Shown here piece by piece: positions 41,004-55,215 of a DNA stretch of 64,000 nt (positions within the stretch are counted from its first letter, which is position 1; each line of letters starts with the position of its first letter). This DNA is from Octopus vulgaris (taxonomy: Eukaryota), in NCBI GenBank assembly GCA_951406725.2, contig OX597830.1, forward strand, positions 77,996,001 to 78,060,000. Reading direction: 5' to 3'. The notes beneath the pieces are model-generated. The model made no database searches. It was not told the DNA's origin and saw only the letters and a program-made list of their open reading frames with translations. Both the position numbers and the translations under genes were made by a program.

Positions 41004-41423
41004 GGATCATTTCGGTTTGAACAGCAGTTTTTTTCTGGCGATGTCATATGAAATTGTCACCCATAATTATGACCCTAGTATCGATCTATTGAATTTCAAT
41101 CTGTTTTAGGGTTAGGATTAGGGTTAGGTGTGGAGGGAAGTGTATCTTTTTTTCTTCATAAATGTAAATAAACGCAATCTGTTTCTTAAACGAGGGACAT
41201 AATCATACGGCACAGAATGTTTTTGCCTCAATGGACGTCATTGATTGGTTGAAATTGCAGAAATTGAAGAAAAAAAGCAACAAATATCTTACAAAATAGT
41301 CTTACAAATAAAGCCAAGAGAAAAAGATGTTTTATAAACACATTCTACCAGTATACGAAGTTTAACATTTTTTTAGTTACCTAGAAATTATGTTAAAAAC
41401 TGCCGTTCAAACCGAAAAGATCC
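41004..41423. mobile_element. 420-bp non-autonomous DNA transposon with an 8-bp TSD and internal telomere-like repeats
   Basis: TIRs GGATCATTTCGGTTTGAACAGCAGTTTTT / AAAAACTGCCGTTCAAACCGAAAAGATCC. TSD CAAATGTC at 40996-41003 and 41424-41431. TTAGGG-TTAGGA-TTAGGG-TTAGG at 41106-41128. Confidence 0.9.
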
Positions 41424-42015
41424 CAAATGTCAGACAAACAATATTTCATAAGAACAGCAACAACAACTACAACAACAACAACATCAGCAGCAGAAACAAT
41501 TACAGCAGCAACAACAAGAACATCAACAACAACAAGAACATCAAAACGGCAACAGAAACAACAGCAGCAAGCAACAACAACAGCAGCAGTAGCAGCAGCA
41601 GCAGCAGCAGTAGCAGCAGCAGCAACAGCGTCAGTAACAACCAACGTTGCCAAGAGTAATTCGTTCGTGAAGAGAACGAAGTCACTCATTAGTACCTCTT
41701 GGGAATTCTCAAAACTCTTTCACGCTTCTTTCCTTCTTTTTTCTCTCTCACTTTTCTTCTTTTCATTTTTGTTCATTTGTTCTTTCATTTTTCTCTCGTT
41801 CTTTTTTCATTCTCATTTCTCATTTTTTTTCTTTTTTTTTTCTTCTAGCTATTATTTATTCAACACATCACGATCTAAGTTCAAATCGCTCCAAGTGCCT
41901 ATAAAAATTGTGTATACATGTATACATGAACAAATTACATACAGATTGTGAAGGTTGAGTTAAAAGTTCTTTCGAATTTACACTGATGATTTTTGGTTAC
42001 AAGTATCTCTATGTT

Positions 42016-42263
42016 GTGAAAGGTAGGAGAGTCCAGTTTGCTGGACATTGTTGTAGAGCTGAAAAAGAAGTAATTTCTACTCTTCTCCTCTGGAAGCCAT
42101 CTACTCGCAATACCAAAGGGCGCACACTCTCCTACCCTGATGTAATCTCCAGGGATACAGGCATCCAGCAACAGGACCTCCGAAATGCCATGATGGACCG
42201 TGAAGTCTGACGTAGCATGGTAAATTCCATTGTCTCGACCACGGTCGAGCAATGATGATGATG
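42016..42263 (+). mobile_element. 5'-truncated RTE/RTE-X LINE 3' end with an 11-bp TSD
   Basis: RRVQFAGHCCR..LLLWKP..SYPDVISRDTG..AMMDREV, then the hairpin CTCGACCACGGTCGAG and an (ATG)n tail. TSD ATCTCTATGTT at 42005-42015 and 42264-42274. Confidence 0.88.
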
Positions 42264-42365
42264 ATCTCTATGTTACATCCTTAATTAGTTACAATTTGTA
42301 GTCCAATCGTTGCTGAATTGTTTATTCTTTATTTTACAGTTTGGAAATGAATGGTGGAACAAAAA

Positions 42366-42512
42366 ATGGCAATTGGAAACGGTTTACGCTGCCTGAGGCA
42401 AAACGAACTGAGTGCAAGGGCAACGACAAAAGAAACTGATGATGTGAAAAGCCCAGGAACTGTCCACGAGCATGTAGCACAAAACTGACTCAGACATTTC
42501 AAGAAAAGTAAC
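42366..42512 (+). pseudogene. Mariner transposase N-terminal fragment
   Basis: LSARATTKETDDVKSPGTVHEHVAQN*LRHFKK resembles the mariner HTH (GTV.ER.AQ.WF.RFK.G). Confidence 0.55.
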
Positions 42513-43026
42513 ATATGTACATAGATTCATACATACATACATACATTCAATTTGCCAATTTGCGCAAAAGATAAAAATACCTATCAACAAATTTACACAA
42601 ACACTTAGAAATACACTGTTTCTCGGAGAAAAAGCAAAGGAAACTGGCGTGGATTCTCCAAATCCAATCTATTACTAGCGCAGGGAAGATTTGTATGACA
42701 TTCAAAAAAAATTTTCCATCTGAGATTCTTCAATGAATGGATGCACACACTTGAGTGTATGCATCGACAACGCACCAACTCAACCACATATTTACTACCA
42801 CCGGGAACTCTCTTCACTTAAAAAGTCTTGTCGCTTTGTTAGCGGCCGACTTGAACTCTTTCAAAGAAAATTATTACATACACATAGATAGATATGAAAA
42901 TTATAAAAATCTTTTTTTCATATATCTATTTGATAGATATTTGAAAAGGGATTTTCATCATCATAATTTGAACAAAATAAAACAAAAATTTAAACAACAA
43001 CAAGTACACGGTATCTTATGCTTTAT

Positions 43027-43511
43027 AAGGCGGCGAGCTGGCAGAAACGTTAGCACGCCGGGCGAAATGCTTACCGGTATTTCGTCTGCCGCTGCGTTCT
43101 GAGTTCAAATTCCGCCGAGGTCGACTTTGCCTTTCATCCTTTCGGGGTCGATAAATAAGTACCAGTTACGCACTGGGGGTCGATGTAATCGACTTAATAC
43201 CTAAGTCTGTCCTTGTTTGTCCGCTCTGTGTTTAGCCCCTTGTGGGTAATAAAGAAATAGGTATCTTATGCTTTATAAGGCGGCGAGCTGGCAGAAACGT
43301 TAGCACGCCGGGCGAAATGCTTACCGCTATTTCGTCTGCCGCCGCGTTCTGAGTTCAAATTCCGCCGAGGTCGACTTTGCCTTTCATCCTTTAGGGGGTC
43401 GATAAATTAAGTACCAGTTACGCACTGGGGTCGATGTAATCGACTTCATCCGTTTGTCTGTCCTTGCTTGTCCCCTCTGTGTTTAGCCCCTTGTGGGTAG
43501 TAAAGAAATAT
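43027..43511 (+). mobile_element. Tandem dimer of full-length SINE family B with a triplicated target sequence
   Basis: GTATCTTATG(C/A)TTTATA occurs at 43011, 43261 and 43512. Confidence 0.92.
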
Positions 43512-44053
43512 GTATCTTATGATTTATACCGGTTACGTTTACTGTTCTTATTTTTCTGTTATGATGGCTAACCACGTCGAACTTAGGAGTGGACTGTCGG
43601 GAGCATTTCTGCCTTAATTGAAACATTTTGGTAACGTGTCACGCACGATATATACAACCAAATTCCGTGGCAATGGTCGGCCCCGGACTATACTAAACGA
43701 CACTCACCGAAGGTGGTGCCACACGGTAGGTCTGATCCCAAAACGACACGTTTGCAAAATGAACTTCATAACCACATAGATATGTGTATACATATGTGAA
43801 CGTGTGAGTGTATACGAATGTATATGCGTGTATGTCAGCAAATATATATTACACATGCATATAATATTACACCCTATGCCTATTTCATTTCATTATTAGC
43901 CCCCATTTAATATAAATTAGACGTTTTTTGGTGTAATTAGATTTCGTTTCTTTTAAGGGTTAGGGAATTGAATGTCGTGCTATAACAAACGAATATTTTA
44001 TTCCATATAACCAAAGTGGCTATATATTTTCTTTCGATGTATATACGAGTAAC

Positions 44054-44145
<92 letters not shown>

Positions 44146-44410
44146 GTAGATGTGTATATTTATATTATATTATATTATATTATATATATATACCTGCAAA
44201 GGAAGAGGGGTAGATAAAGCGATACGTACATATACATGTATGTATATGTAAGAAAGTTTTGGTGAGAATAAATTATATATATTCAATTAAATAGAGTCGT
44301 GACTTAAAGACATATTTCATATCCACATATACAACCATACACACACACACACACATAAATATAAGTACACATACAGGGACATGTATATGTGTATTCATGC
44401 ATGTGCGAGT

Positions 44411-44470
<60 letters not shown>

Positions 44471-44858
44471 CTGTATATATATATATATATATGTTTATAT
44501 ATGCGAACAACTATTGATGTATGTAAATGTATGTGAATGTGTGCGTGTGTGTATGTGTGTGTGTGTGCGTGTTCGTGTGTATGTATGTATACATACATAT
44601 CTAAATTTATAGATATAGATATGTATGCCACATGAATACATGAATATATATGAATATATGAATATATATACGTATATTCATATATATATATATGTGTGTA
44701 TATATATATACACACACACATATATACATATATATAAGTGTGTGTGCGTGTGCATGTGTTTGTGTATATGCATATATATACACAACACATATATATGTAA
44801 AACATACATATATATAATATATGTATGTATATATATATATATATATATATAATATATG

Positions 44859-44947
<89 letters not shown>

Positions 44948-45268
44948 TATCGTGTGAAACTGTGTGCTTTTCTGCTCTGCGTATAAACACACATAAACAT
45001 TCTCAGGCAAATGCATACATATACCTACATAGATATATATTTATATACATATTCGTTACAAACTATTTGACGAGTGTATATATGCACAAATTAAACGTAC
45101 GTTTTTCAAATGTGCAATCAATCATAAGTGGAAGATATTCATAAGTTAGTCAATAACAATAAATATTTATTAAAAATATGCTATGACTCAGTTTTGTTAA
45201 CGTAAACTGACTTAATACATTATACGTGTTTGCGTATGTATACATATATATATATATATATATGCATA

Positions 45269-45306
<38 letters not shown>

Positions 45307-45489
45307 ATGCATACATACATACCTACATACATATATACATACATACATGCATATATATATATATACTTGATAAATATGTGTGTGTGTGTGCGTGTGTTTA
45401 CATATATATATATATATATATATAAATTTATGTCCTTGTATATATGTATATGATGTATGTGTGTATATGTATGTATATATATGTATATA

Positions 45490-45530
<41 letters not shown>

Positions 45531-45668
45531 GTATATATGTATATATATATATATATATGTATGTATATATATATTTATTTACATATATATATATAAATGA
45601 ACATATATGATATACATTTATACATACACACACATGTAATATATATGTTTATATTTGGATGAGTGTGC

Positions 45669-45727
<59 letters not shown>

Positions 45728-46191
45728 TGTATGTATAGGGAGAGAGTGGGAATGAAACAAGAAAGATAGATAGATAGATAGCTTGATAGTTAGATATACA
45801 CTACGAACACACACACACGCACACAAATTAACACACGTCCACAATATGGTTATTGTCCGATCTAAAGGCAATTATACATATATTGCTAAACGCCATCGCA
45901 ATATTTAATGAAGTTGTCGTACGTTCGACTTGAACCCGTACGATTGACCTCAGCATGTGGTCGCAGATTTTTATCAGTTTTCAATTCTTTCCCCTTTTGA
46001 TTCCCATACATCATCATTCCCGTCCTCATCATTCCCATCCTCATCATTATCCTCGTCATCGCCATCGTTGTTGCCGCAATAATCGTAGCTGTCGTCGTCG
46101 TCGTCGTCGTCGTCATCATGATCATTACCATCGTTACCACCACCACCACCACCACCACCACCATTATCACCATCACCACCACCACCACCAC

Positions 46192-46520
46192 CATTACCAC
46201 GTCAACCGCCATCATTAGTATTGATGTCATCATTATCATCATTGTCACCACCACAACCATCCTTCTCCTCCTCCTCCTCACCACCACTACCACCACCAAC
46301 ACCACCACTATCACCACCACCACCATCACCACCACCACCATCACCACCACTACTACCACCACCACTATCACCACCACCATTACCATGTCAACCGCCATCA
46401 TCAGTATTGATGTCTTCATTATCATCATTGTCACCACCACAACCATCCTCCTCCTCCTCCTCCTCCTCACCACCACCACCACCACCACCACCACCACCAC
46501 CACCACCACCATCATTATCA
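46192..46520. repeat. Tandem duplication of about 186 bp inside a (CAC/CAT)n cryptic repeat
   Basis: GTCAACCGCCATCA..AGTATTGATGTC..ATTGTCACCACCACAACCATCC occurs twice. Confidence 0.8.
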
Positions 46521-46964
46521 TCATCATCGTCATCATCATCATGAATTACTTTGTCTTTGAATCGTCTATAAAACGAATGCCATTCACTCGTAGTGAATAT
46601 CCCTGTCCACGTTCTGATCGATGTCCCCTGGTTATGGATAATATGACAGAAAATATGATATAAAAGCATTTCTTGTTGCACATATCGAAAAATATTGAAA
46701 TGAAAATTTTATGTTAAAAAGTCTTTAAAATGAAAATCTAGCTAAATATGGCTTACACACTTCCCGCCAATCATTTCTCTCACCTGGATATATCCTCAAT
46801 AACGACTTCCAGATATTCCGGTTCAAATCTTCCGCCTCAGGTTCCATTAAAGACCTCAATAATTTCTTCCACTCTCCCAACGCCTTCAGAACCAGCAATC
46901 CTTCAGCCGTGTCTCTTTCGAAACTGAGAACACTTCAACCCTTTCTGAACCAATCGTTCTCGGT

Positions 46965-47203
46965 GGAGGCGCGTGGATTAGTGATGAGGGTATTGGACTC
47001 ATGATCGTAAGATTGTGGTTTCAAATCCTGGACCGGAGGATGTGTTGTGTTTTTGAGCAAAACACTTCATTTTATGTCGCTCCAGTTTACTCAACTGGCA
47101 AAAATGATTAATCCTGCGACGGACCGGCGTCTTGTACGCCATGGAAACCGGGAAACCATTCCTATGTGTCTATACTACTCAGAATGGCCCTTATCCGGTT
47201 TAT
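46965..47203 (+). mobile_element. tRNA-derived SINE (CORE/V-domain-like) with a 15-bp TSD
   Basis: A-box and B-box head GGAGGCGCGTGG..GTTTCAAATCC, then CCTGCGACGGACCGGCGTC and GGAAACCGGG. TSD CCAATCGTTCTCGGT at 46950-46964 and 47204-47218. Confidence 0.85.
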
Positions 47204-48303
47204 CCAATCGTTCTCGGTAACTTCAATATCCATAGTTTTTCTTGGCCCTCTCAGCGGTTGGTCAGTCTTTTTGACCGTTGGTCGGCGGTATTACAGAGAC
47301 TGTAACTTAACCACTTTTGCTGTACCTGAGCTGTTTCCAGATACAAGTACCTGGCCCCATCTGCACTTTCCACCTCTTCGCTAATAGACACATCACGAAG
47401 GAAATACAAGTCAATACGTTAGCAACATCCATGGAACCGTAGTGAATTCCAGTTATTGGTTAAGTATAGCTGTTTTTAATATATTTCTCACTCTGGAATT
47501 TTTGTAAGTGTTTATTCTCGTAGACATTTTTAGATGCTCAATAAATTACCCTTCAAGGCAGAAGGAGTTTAATGTTATAGAGGACATGGTTCCTTTAGGC
47601 TTGGTTCCATTCCCTCGGCCTTTAAACTTGTATTGCTCCGGATCAACAAGTGCTACGTGCAGAATAGTGATCAGGGTGCTGGGTTTGTAAGGATTTATCT
47701 CCTCTTAGGTGAGTAGTTATAAAGTTGAAAGTCATCATCTACCTTGGGTCCACTATGGTGTTTCTGAGTGACCTTCTTGTGGAGGCAGTTCAGTGAGATG
47801 CTAATTAACCTATAGTGGTGAGTAGTAGCACCTTTATAGGTTCTACTAGTGCACGTCAGAGTAGATCTGGGAACAGTAGTGGCTAAGAGGCGACTCCACG
47901 ATCCCTAAAACTTGGGAACACCCGAACAAAGGCCGCACTACCAGATGATGAGTACAGCACCGACACGTTACCTATTGTTATCCTTAGATTTACTTCAGGA
48001 ACTTCGCAGAAGCAGTTGGGGTAATAACATTATTTTATTAATACTATATATATATATTCGACGGGCATTGTTAGTTTCCGAATACCAAATCCACTTACAA
48101 GGTTTTGGTTGACCCGAGGCTACAGTAGGAGACACTTGTCCAAGGTGCCCTGCAGTGGAAATGAGCCCCAGAACCATGCACCTGAGTAGTAAACTTCTTA
48201 TCACACGAGCCACACCTTTGCAACAGGACTCTCTGAGAGAAAATGCTCCAGTAGCCGGAAACGTGTTAAACTATGCAAAGCGTGTGAGAAACGTAAAGAA
48301 ATC

Positions 48304-48709
48304 AAGGCGGCATGCTGGCAGAACCGTTAGCACTCCGGGCGAAATGCTTAGCAGTATTTCGTCTGTCGCTACGTTCTTAGTTCAAATTCCGCCGTGGTCG
48401 ACTATGCCTTTCATCCTTTCGGGGTCAATTAAATAAGTACCAGTTACGCTCTGGAGTCGATATAATCGATTTAATCCGTTTGTCTGTCCTTGTTTGTCCT
48501 CTCTGTGTGTAGCCCCTTGTGGGTAGTAAAGAAATAGGTATTTTGTCTGCCGGTATTTCGTTCTGAGTTCAAATTCCGCCGAGGTCGATTTTGTCTGTCA
48601 TCCTTTCGGGGTCGATAAATTAAGTACCAGTCATGTTATCGACTTAATCCCTTTGCTTGTCCTTATTTATCCCCTCTATGTTTAGTCCCTTGTGGGCAAT
48701 AAAGAAATA
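48304..48709 (+). mobile_element. SINE family B full plus truncated dimer with a 17-bp TSD
   Basis: AGAAA(C/T)GTAAAGAAATC at 48287-48303 and 48710-48726. The second unit restarts at GTATTT.GTCTGCC. Confidence 0.9.
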
Positions 48710-48988
48710 AGAAATGTAAAGAAATCTACCTATTTCCTGCAATAAATATTTTTAAAGTAAAATTTTATCATGGGTCCTCAGAATACTACTGTAGATTCCT
48801 AATTTATAATTGTGCTTGCTTAGACCCGCAACAATCTTATATGGAACCTCAGAGACCCATGTTAATAACCACTGGTCTAAGCTCATGAAGTTGTTACACG
48901 ATAACATTCATTATTATCACCACAGACCAGAGATATTAGCATATAAAAAAATGTGTAGTATTAAGATTTTGTTTGATTGAATTGCTTA

Positions 48989-49358
48989 GGAATTTACTTC
49001 GCAACAACAGGGTCCCTGATTTGATCTTACCGTGTGATAAATATAATTTGTTCTAAGATGCTGGCTGACACTCATTGATGCTACATTGAAGAGGCCAGAG
49101 AACAGAAGAAAGAAGAAGACATGCACCCAACACCAGAGCTGAAGACACCTCCGAATAGGTGGGGCCCCGCAACGTCAAAACGGTAGAGGAGTAGAGGCCG
49201 AAACCGGACGTGGTTCCTCCTGATGATGTCTTGAGCTAACTGGATCCTACAAAGGAGCTGTTGTGGTAGCACACCACGAAACACGGTTGGAATTCCTCCG
49301 CAACAACGAGATCCCTGATTTGATCTTACCGTGTGGCAGATATAATTTGTTGTAAGAT
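48989..49358 (+). other. GC-richer insert of about 230 bp with several hammerhead-like half-motifs, between ~70-bp direct repeats
   Basis: Repeats at 48989-49059 and 49289-49358. Motifs: CTGAAGA-CACCT..AGGTG, GGCC-GAAACCGGAC, CTGATGA and GTGGT..ACCAC-GAAAC. Confidence 0.55.
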
Positions 49359-49650
49359 ATGAATAAGTGAAGACGGAGAGCATTTAACAATGCGAAAAGC
49401 GAAAACTGAGTAACCTTTATATATTTCAGGTACGAAATTCATCATCAAAAGTGAACGGTTACGAAACGTGAGTTTAAGCAGATCCTGCCATTTTGATTGC
49501 CCTTTCGACAATCAAAATGACAACCGGCACTAGTTTGTTTACATCTCTGCAACTTTGCGGTTCGACAAAATACTGATACAGGTTAAAACATAACAGATCA
49601 GTTCATGATTCTCAGTGTATACGTTTATTATGCGTGTATTAGTGTGGCGT

Positions 49651-49688
<38 letters not shown>

Positions 49689-49767
49689 CAGAGACAGAGA
49701 AAGAAAGATAGAGAGATAGCATGTGCGTGTATGAGTCTGTGTGTGTGTGTAGATGTGTGCGTGTGTG

Positions 49768-49802
<35 letters not shown>

Positions 49803-50044
49803 ATATGTGTGCGTGTGTGAGCGTGTATGCGTGTGTGTGCTTAAGTTAATAGAATTCTTAAAGAAATAGCAAGTCTGAGAAACAAGTATACATACGTTAC
49901 CAGGTACGCTGTACTCGTCAGGAACACTGATACCGAGGAAATCTCTTAGCAAAGAAAATTAAGGAAATAGTTCTCACGGTGCTGACATTCCAAAATTTGG
50001 CTTCTTGCAGATGAAAATGTAGATTTCAATTTTCGCTTTTTAAC

Positions 50045-50166
<122 letters not shown>

Positions 50167-50167
50167 C

Positions 50168-50203
<36 letters not shown>

Positions 50204-50306
50204 ATGACGACAATAATAATAATATTAATAATAATAACGTGCGTTTCTTTTTACGGGAAACTATGTAATTTTTCGGTTCGGTGATATTTCAAGAGAAGAC
50301 TTAGTT

Positions 50307-50491
<185 letters not shown>

Positions 50492-51599
50492 ATACATACA
50501 TACATACAGACAAAAATACATATATAGATACTTGTATATATCTATATGTACGCACATAAAAACAAATATTCGTGTATTGAGTACGTTTTCATTCATTTGT
50601 AGCCTAAATGTGTGCGTATGTGTGTATGTATATACATACATACGTATATATATATCTTGCCGCCATCTCTGTCAGATATGATGGATTCGTAATTACCATA
50701 CATGTGGTGTATATAGACATACATGTATGTATGTATGTATGTATGTATGTATGTATGTATGTATGTATGTATGTATGTATGTATGTATGTATGTATGCAT
50801 ATGAGTATGGCTACCAGTACACGTGACACATGATGTCTTACATACGCATAGATATTTTGTGTGAAATATATATGAAGATATATATCTCCGGATATATGTT
50901 TGTGTGCATATATATATATATATGGAATATGTCCCTCAGTACTTGTATGTATCAAGGGAAACAGACAGGAAGAAAGAAATCATTCTGTGTGTGTGTGTTT
51001 ACGAGAATCTTTGGAGAACATAAAAACGTCATGAAGTCAAAACATTAAGAAAAAGTGTGATATTTCACGGGTAAATATGCGATTATCTCCTAACGCAAAT
51101 TGTACAGAATTGTACTTGATGCCTTGACGACGTTAGTGCTGAATCTCAGGTGTCTGAGTTCGAATCACGCCTGCAGCTCCCTCTTTTATCGTTATTCATT
51201 TATGCTGATATGAGAGTCTGCCTCGTTGACTTGACTGGTTGCTCGAAATAATAGGTAAATCTCTCTTAAATTTTCTTCTATCGTTTTCCGAACCGAAGAA
51301 CACATTGGGCAGTGTAGTCTGTTGTAGACTATTGTGGAATGGTAAAGTGGCATGATTGCCCACGACTGGTCTTTTATCATTGGCCTTCTTGTCTAGAACT
51401 GGAAAACTTTTTGTTAAAGAAGAAGAAGAAGAAGAAGAAGAAGAAGAAGAAGAAGAAGAGCAGCAACATGAATAATAATAACCCCTGCGTCGTGATTACT
51501 TCCTTCCACAAGCTCAGGTGGATCTTCTAAGATCATAGATGGCATTGTTACTTCTATGGAAAGATATCAAAACATTATATCTATCTATCTATCTATCTA

Positions 51600-51654
<55 letters not shown>

Positions 51655-51864
51655 CAGCTGAATTCAGTTTTTTGCTGAATTTTTTCTTGAGAACAGATTC
51701 TTCGTGGAAAATGGCGATTTTGACGTCTATATCTAGCATATAGGCTGTCTACTTTTAGTGGTCAGTCCTCTAAATTTTGTATGTAAAAAAAAAATTATCT
51801 TCGGATTTTTTAAAAATATGCTAGGCCACTGGTTTTAATTGATTAATATCAATTTCTACCTTCT

Positions 51865-51927
<63 letters not shown>

Positions 51928-52247
51928 TAGAGAGAGAGAGAGAGACAGGCAGACAGACAGTCAGACAGACGGAGAGAGGGACCGAGACAAAAAGATTCAG
52001 AGAGAAAGAGGAGAGAAATAGAGTAGTGTTGTTGTGGCATTAATATAATTAAGTGCAGTCCTTGACATACCTCACCACTCCGTCAATACCGCAGACGATT
52101 AAGTCAAGGACCTTACTTAGTGTATTAGACTTCATAGGGCTGTCTCTTTACATCATAACTGGTCTATCTCCTATAACTAACATATTAGAGAAGACAAAAC
52201 AAAAACATAAAGCATGCAAAAAAGTGGCAGATGTAAGCACTAATATA

Positions 52248-52480
52248 TATTTCTTTACTACCCATAAGGGGCTAAACACAGAGAGGACAAACAAGGACAG
52301 ACAAAGGGATTAAGTCGATTACATCGACCCCAGTGCGCAACTGGTACTTAATTTATCGACCCCGAAAGGATGAAAGGCAAAGTCGACCTCGGCGGAATTT
52401 GAACTCAGAACGTAACGACAGACGAAATACGGTCACGCATTTCGCCCGGCGTGCTAACGTTTCTGCCAGCTCGCCGCCTT
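52248..52480 (-). mobile_element. SINE family B, young full-length monomer with a 15-bp TSD
   Basis: GTAAGCACTAATATA at 52233-52247 and 52481-52495. Confidence 0.93.
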
Positions 52481-52639
52481 GTAAGCACTAATATACATGT
52501 GTGTTTGCATGAGTGCGCGGGTGTGTGTGTGTATGTCCCCAAAAATTGTATAGAGTACATACAAACGGAACATGCATACTTAGAAAGTCGCTAAATCCTT
52601 ACCAGTAATAGTCAATAGTCATTGTAACAATTTCACGAC

Positions 52640-53105
52640 GATAACTGATGAATATTTAGCGACTACTGTGTGTATTTTCCGTTTGATCCGTTTGTTCGTA
52701 CATTGACTAATCCACCCCGACATCCGAAACTCGGAGTTTTACCATGGCTACCGAGTAATTGTCACATATTACATTCACAGATAAATTCCTCTATTTACGT
52801 AATATCGAGGTTTCTTTCATTCTTTTGTTGTCTTACCATTTCTATCAATATACCTTCGAAACACGGAGTAGACGAAACAGAGGCGGCTGAAGAAGGGGAA
52901 TTTTCCTTGTGTTGTATGTCTTGTACTCTGTTTTTTCGTTGTTTAAAAAATTGTCCGTTTCCATGGTTTTGTTTTTATGTTTTCGTTTCTCATTGTGTTC
53001 GACGTTTTTTTGGTGTCCTGTTCCCATATATGCATGTATATATACATATAGATGTAGGTACGTACATATATGTATGTATATATGCGTATGTTTTATTTAT
53101 TATTT
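52640..53105 (+). mobile_element. Family E copy 3 directly followed by family f
   Basis: ATAA-CTGATGA at 52641-52651, ATCC-GAAAC-TCGGA-GTT at 52722-52738, and the junction TATCAATA|TACCTTCGAAAC. Confidence 0.7.
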
Positions 53106-53305
53106 TGTTATTATATATATATATATATATATATATACAGGCACTAATAGAGAATGACTCTCCACAAACACAATAGTATGTGCTTTAACACACGAATTCA
53201 CAAAAATAATCTTGCAAACCAATTAAAAACTAAATACATATAAATCAATATATTTATTCATGCACATACATATACACAACATACATATACGGCCAGCCCA
53301 CCCCC

Positions 53306-53645
<340 letters not shown>

Positions 53646-53668
53646 ACAACAACAACAACGACGACGAC

Positions 53669-53717
<49 letters not shown>

Positions 53718-53719
<2 letters not shown>

Positions 53720-53876
53720 GATTTGCCTCCTTGGCACGGCCAGAATAATCAGGAAAGTATTAGATTGCTGAAAAGAATGGATAACATGGTACCGTAGGCA
53801 GCAGGTATCAAGCCCGCTACGCATGTAAGACTCCAGGAGCTTCAACAAAACCTGTGATAAAGAGAAATAATAATAA
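53718..53876 (+). mobile_element. Fourth Dong/R4 extreme 3' end in (TAA)n
   Basis: KICLLGTARIIRKVLDC* (53718-53771), then a 3' UTR, with TAA repeats on both sides. Confidence 0.78.
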
Positions 53877-54218
53877 AAATATCATTTATTGGCCAGAGGG
53901 GTCCCGAGAGATAGAGGACAATATCAAAAACTATAGTAATAACAACCCTCATCTGTCATTGTCCTACATTTCATAACCACTTTAAATCAACACTTTGTAA
54001 TAAATAAATAAATAAACGAATAAATAAATTAATAAATAAATAGAAAAAAATAATGTTATCAAGTATGAAAAGTAAGGTGAAATTGAACTTGCTATCTCCA
54101 TATTTGAACGGTAATCTATCATATTTCGTAAAATGTTCGTCAAAGTGAATTCCCTGCTTGTAGCTGACATTCTTGTCAATACCAATATCACTATTGGTTA
54201 CTCAGCAGCGTTGTCTCG

Positions 54219-54268
<50 letters not shown>

Positions 54269-54589
54269 CTTGTTGTTGTTGCTTCTGTTGTTGGTGCCGC
54301 TGTCGTTGCTGTTGCTGTCGCTGTTGTTGTTTATGGTGGTGGTGGTGGTGGTGGTGGTGGTGGTGGCGAGATGGAGTAGGGGTTGGTGATCGTGGTGGTG
54401 ATTGCGGTGTTGGCGAGTGTTGCGGTGGTAGTGGTAACAGTTGTAGTGGCGGTGATGGTGGTGGTAATGTTGTGTGTATATATGTGTGGATAGGAAAGGG
54501 TATCTGTACGTGGGGAGGGGTTATGATGAGGGTGAAGAGGTAAATGATAAATGAATTTAACTGACTTTAATTAATTGATTAAATTCTAT

Positions 54590-55215
54590 GCTGGTGGTTG
54601 GTCAACTGCTTGACTGGCTGGTTGGTTGGCTGGTTGGTTGGCTAATTGGTTGGTTGGTTGGTTGGTTGGTTGGTTGGTTGTTTTGTTGGTTGTTTGGTTG
54701 GTTGGTCGCTTGCCTACTTGCTTGCTTGCTTGTTTTGCTTGGCTAGTTGTTGGTTGGCTGGCTGATTGGTGGGTTGGTTGGTTGTTAGTTGATTAATTGG
54801 TTCATTGGTTGATTGGCTGGCTGGTTGACTGGTCAGTTAGATGGTTGGTTGATTGGGTTGGTTGATTGGTTGGTTGTTTGGTTGTTTGGCTGGTTGGTGG
54901 TTTGTTGGTTAGTTGGTTGTTTGGCTGGTTGGTTGATTGGCTGGTTAGTTGGTTGATTAGTTGGTCAATTGGTTGATTCGTCGGTCGGTTGGCTGGTTGT
55001 TTGATTAGTTGGTTGGTTATTTGGCTGGTTAGTTGGTTGGTTAGTTGGTCAACTGGCTGGTTGGGTGGTTGGCTCGTTGTTGGCTGATTGGCTGACTGAC
55101 TGGTTGGTCTGTTAGTTGGCTGGTTGGCTGATTAATTGACTGGTTGGTTGTTTTGGTTCGTTGCTCGTTTGGTTTGCCTGGCTAGCTGGTGTTGGTCACC
55201 TATTTGGTTGGCTGG
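54590..55215. repeat. Degenerate (TTGG)n tetranucleotide tract
   Basis: Directly visible. Confidence 0.9.

Noticed and set aside
41106-41128. True telomere or healed chromosome break
   Set aside because: Only four imperfect units, internal to a TIR- and TSD-bounded transposon.
51129-51180. tRNA genes at A/B-box-containing heads
   Set aside because: There is no complete cloverleaf, and each head continues into a SINE body and tail.
52853-52900. Circularly permuted (type II) hammerhead CCTTC-GAAAC..GTA..CTGAAGA-AGG in family f
   Set aside because: The would-be stem I does not pair in either the 18.4 kb or the 52.9 kb copy.
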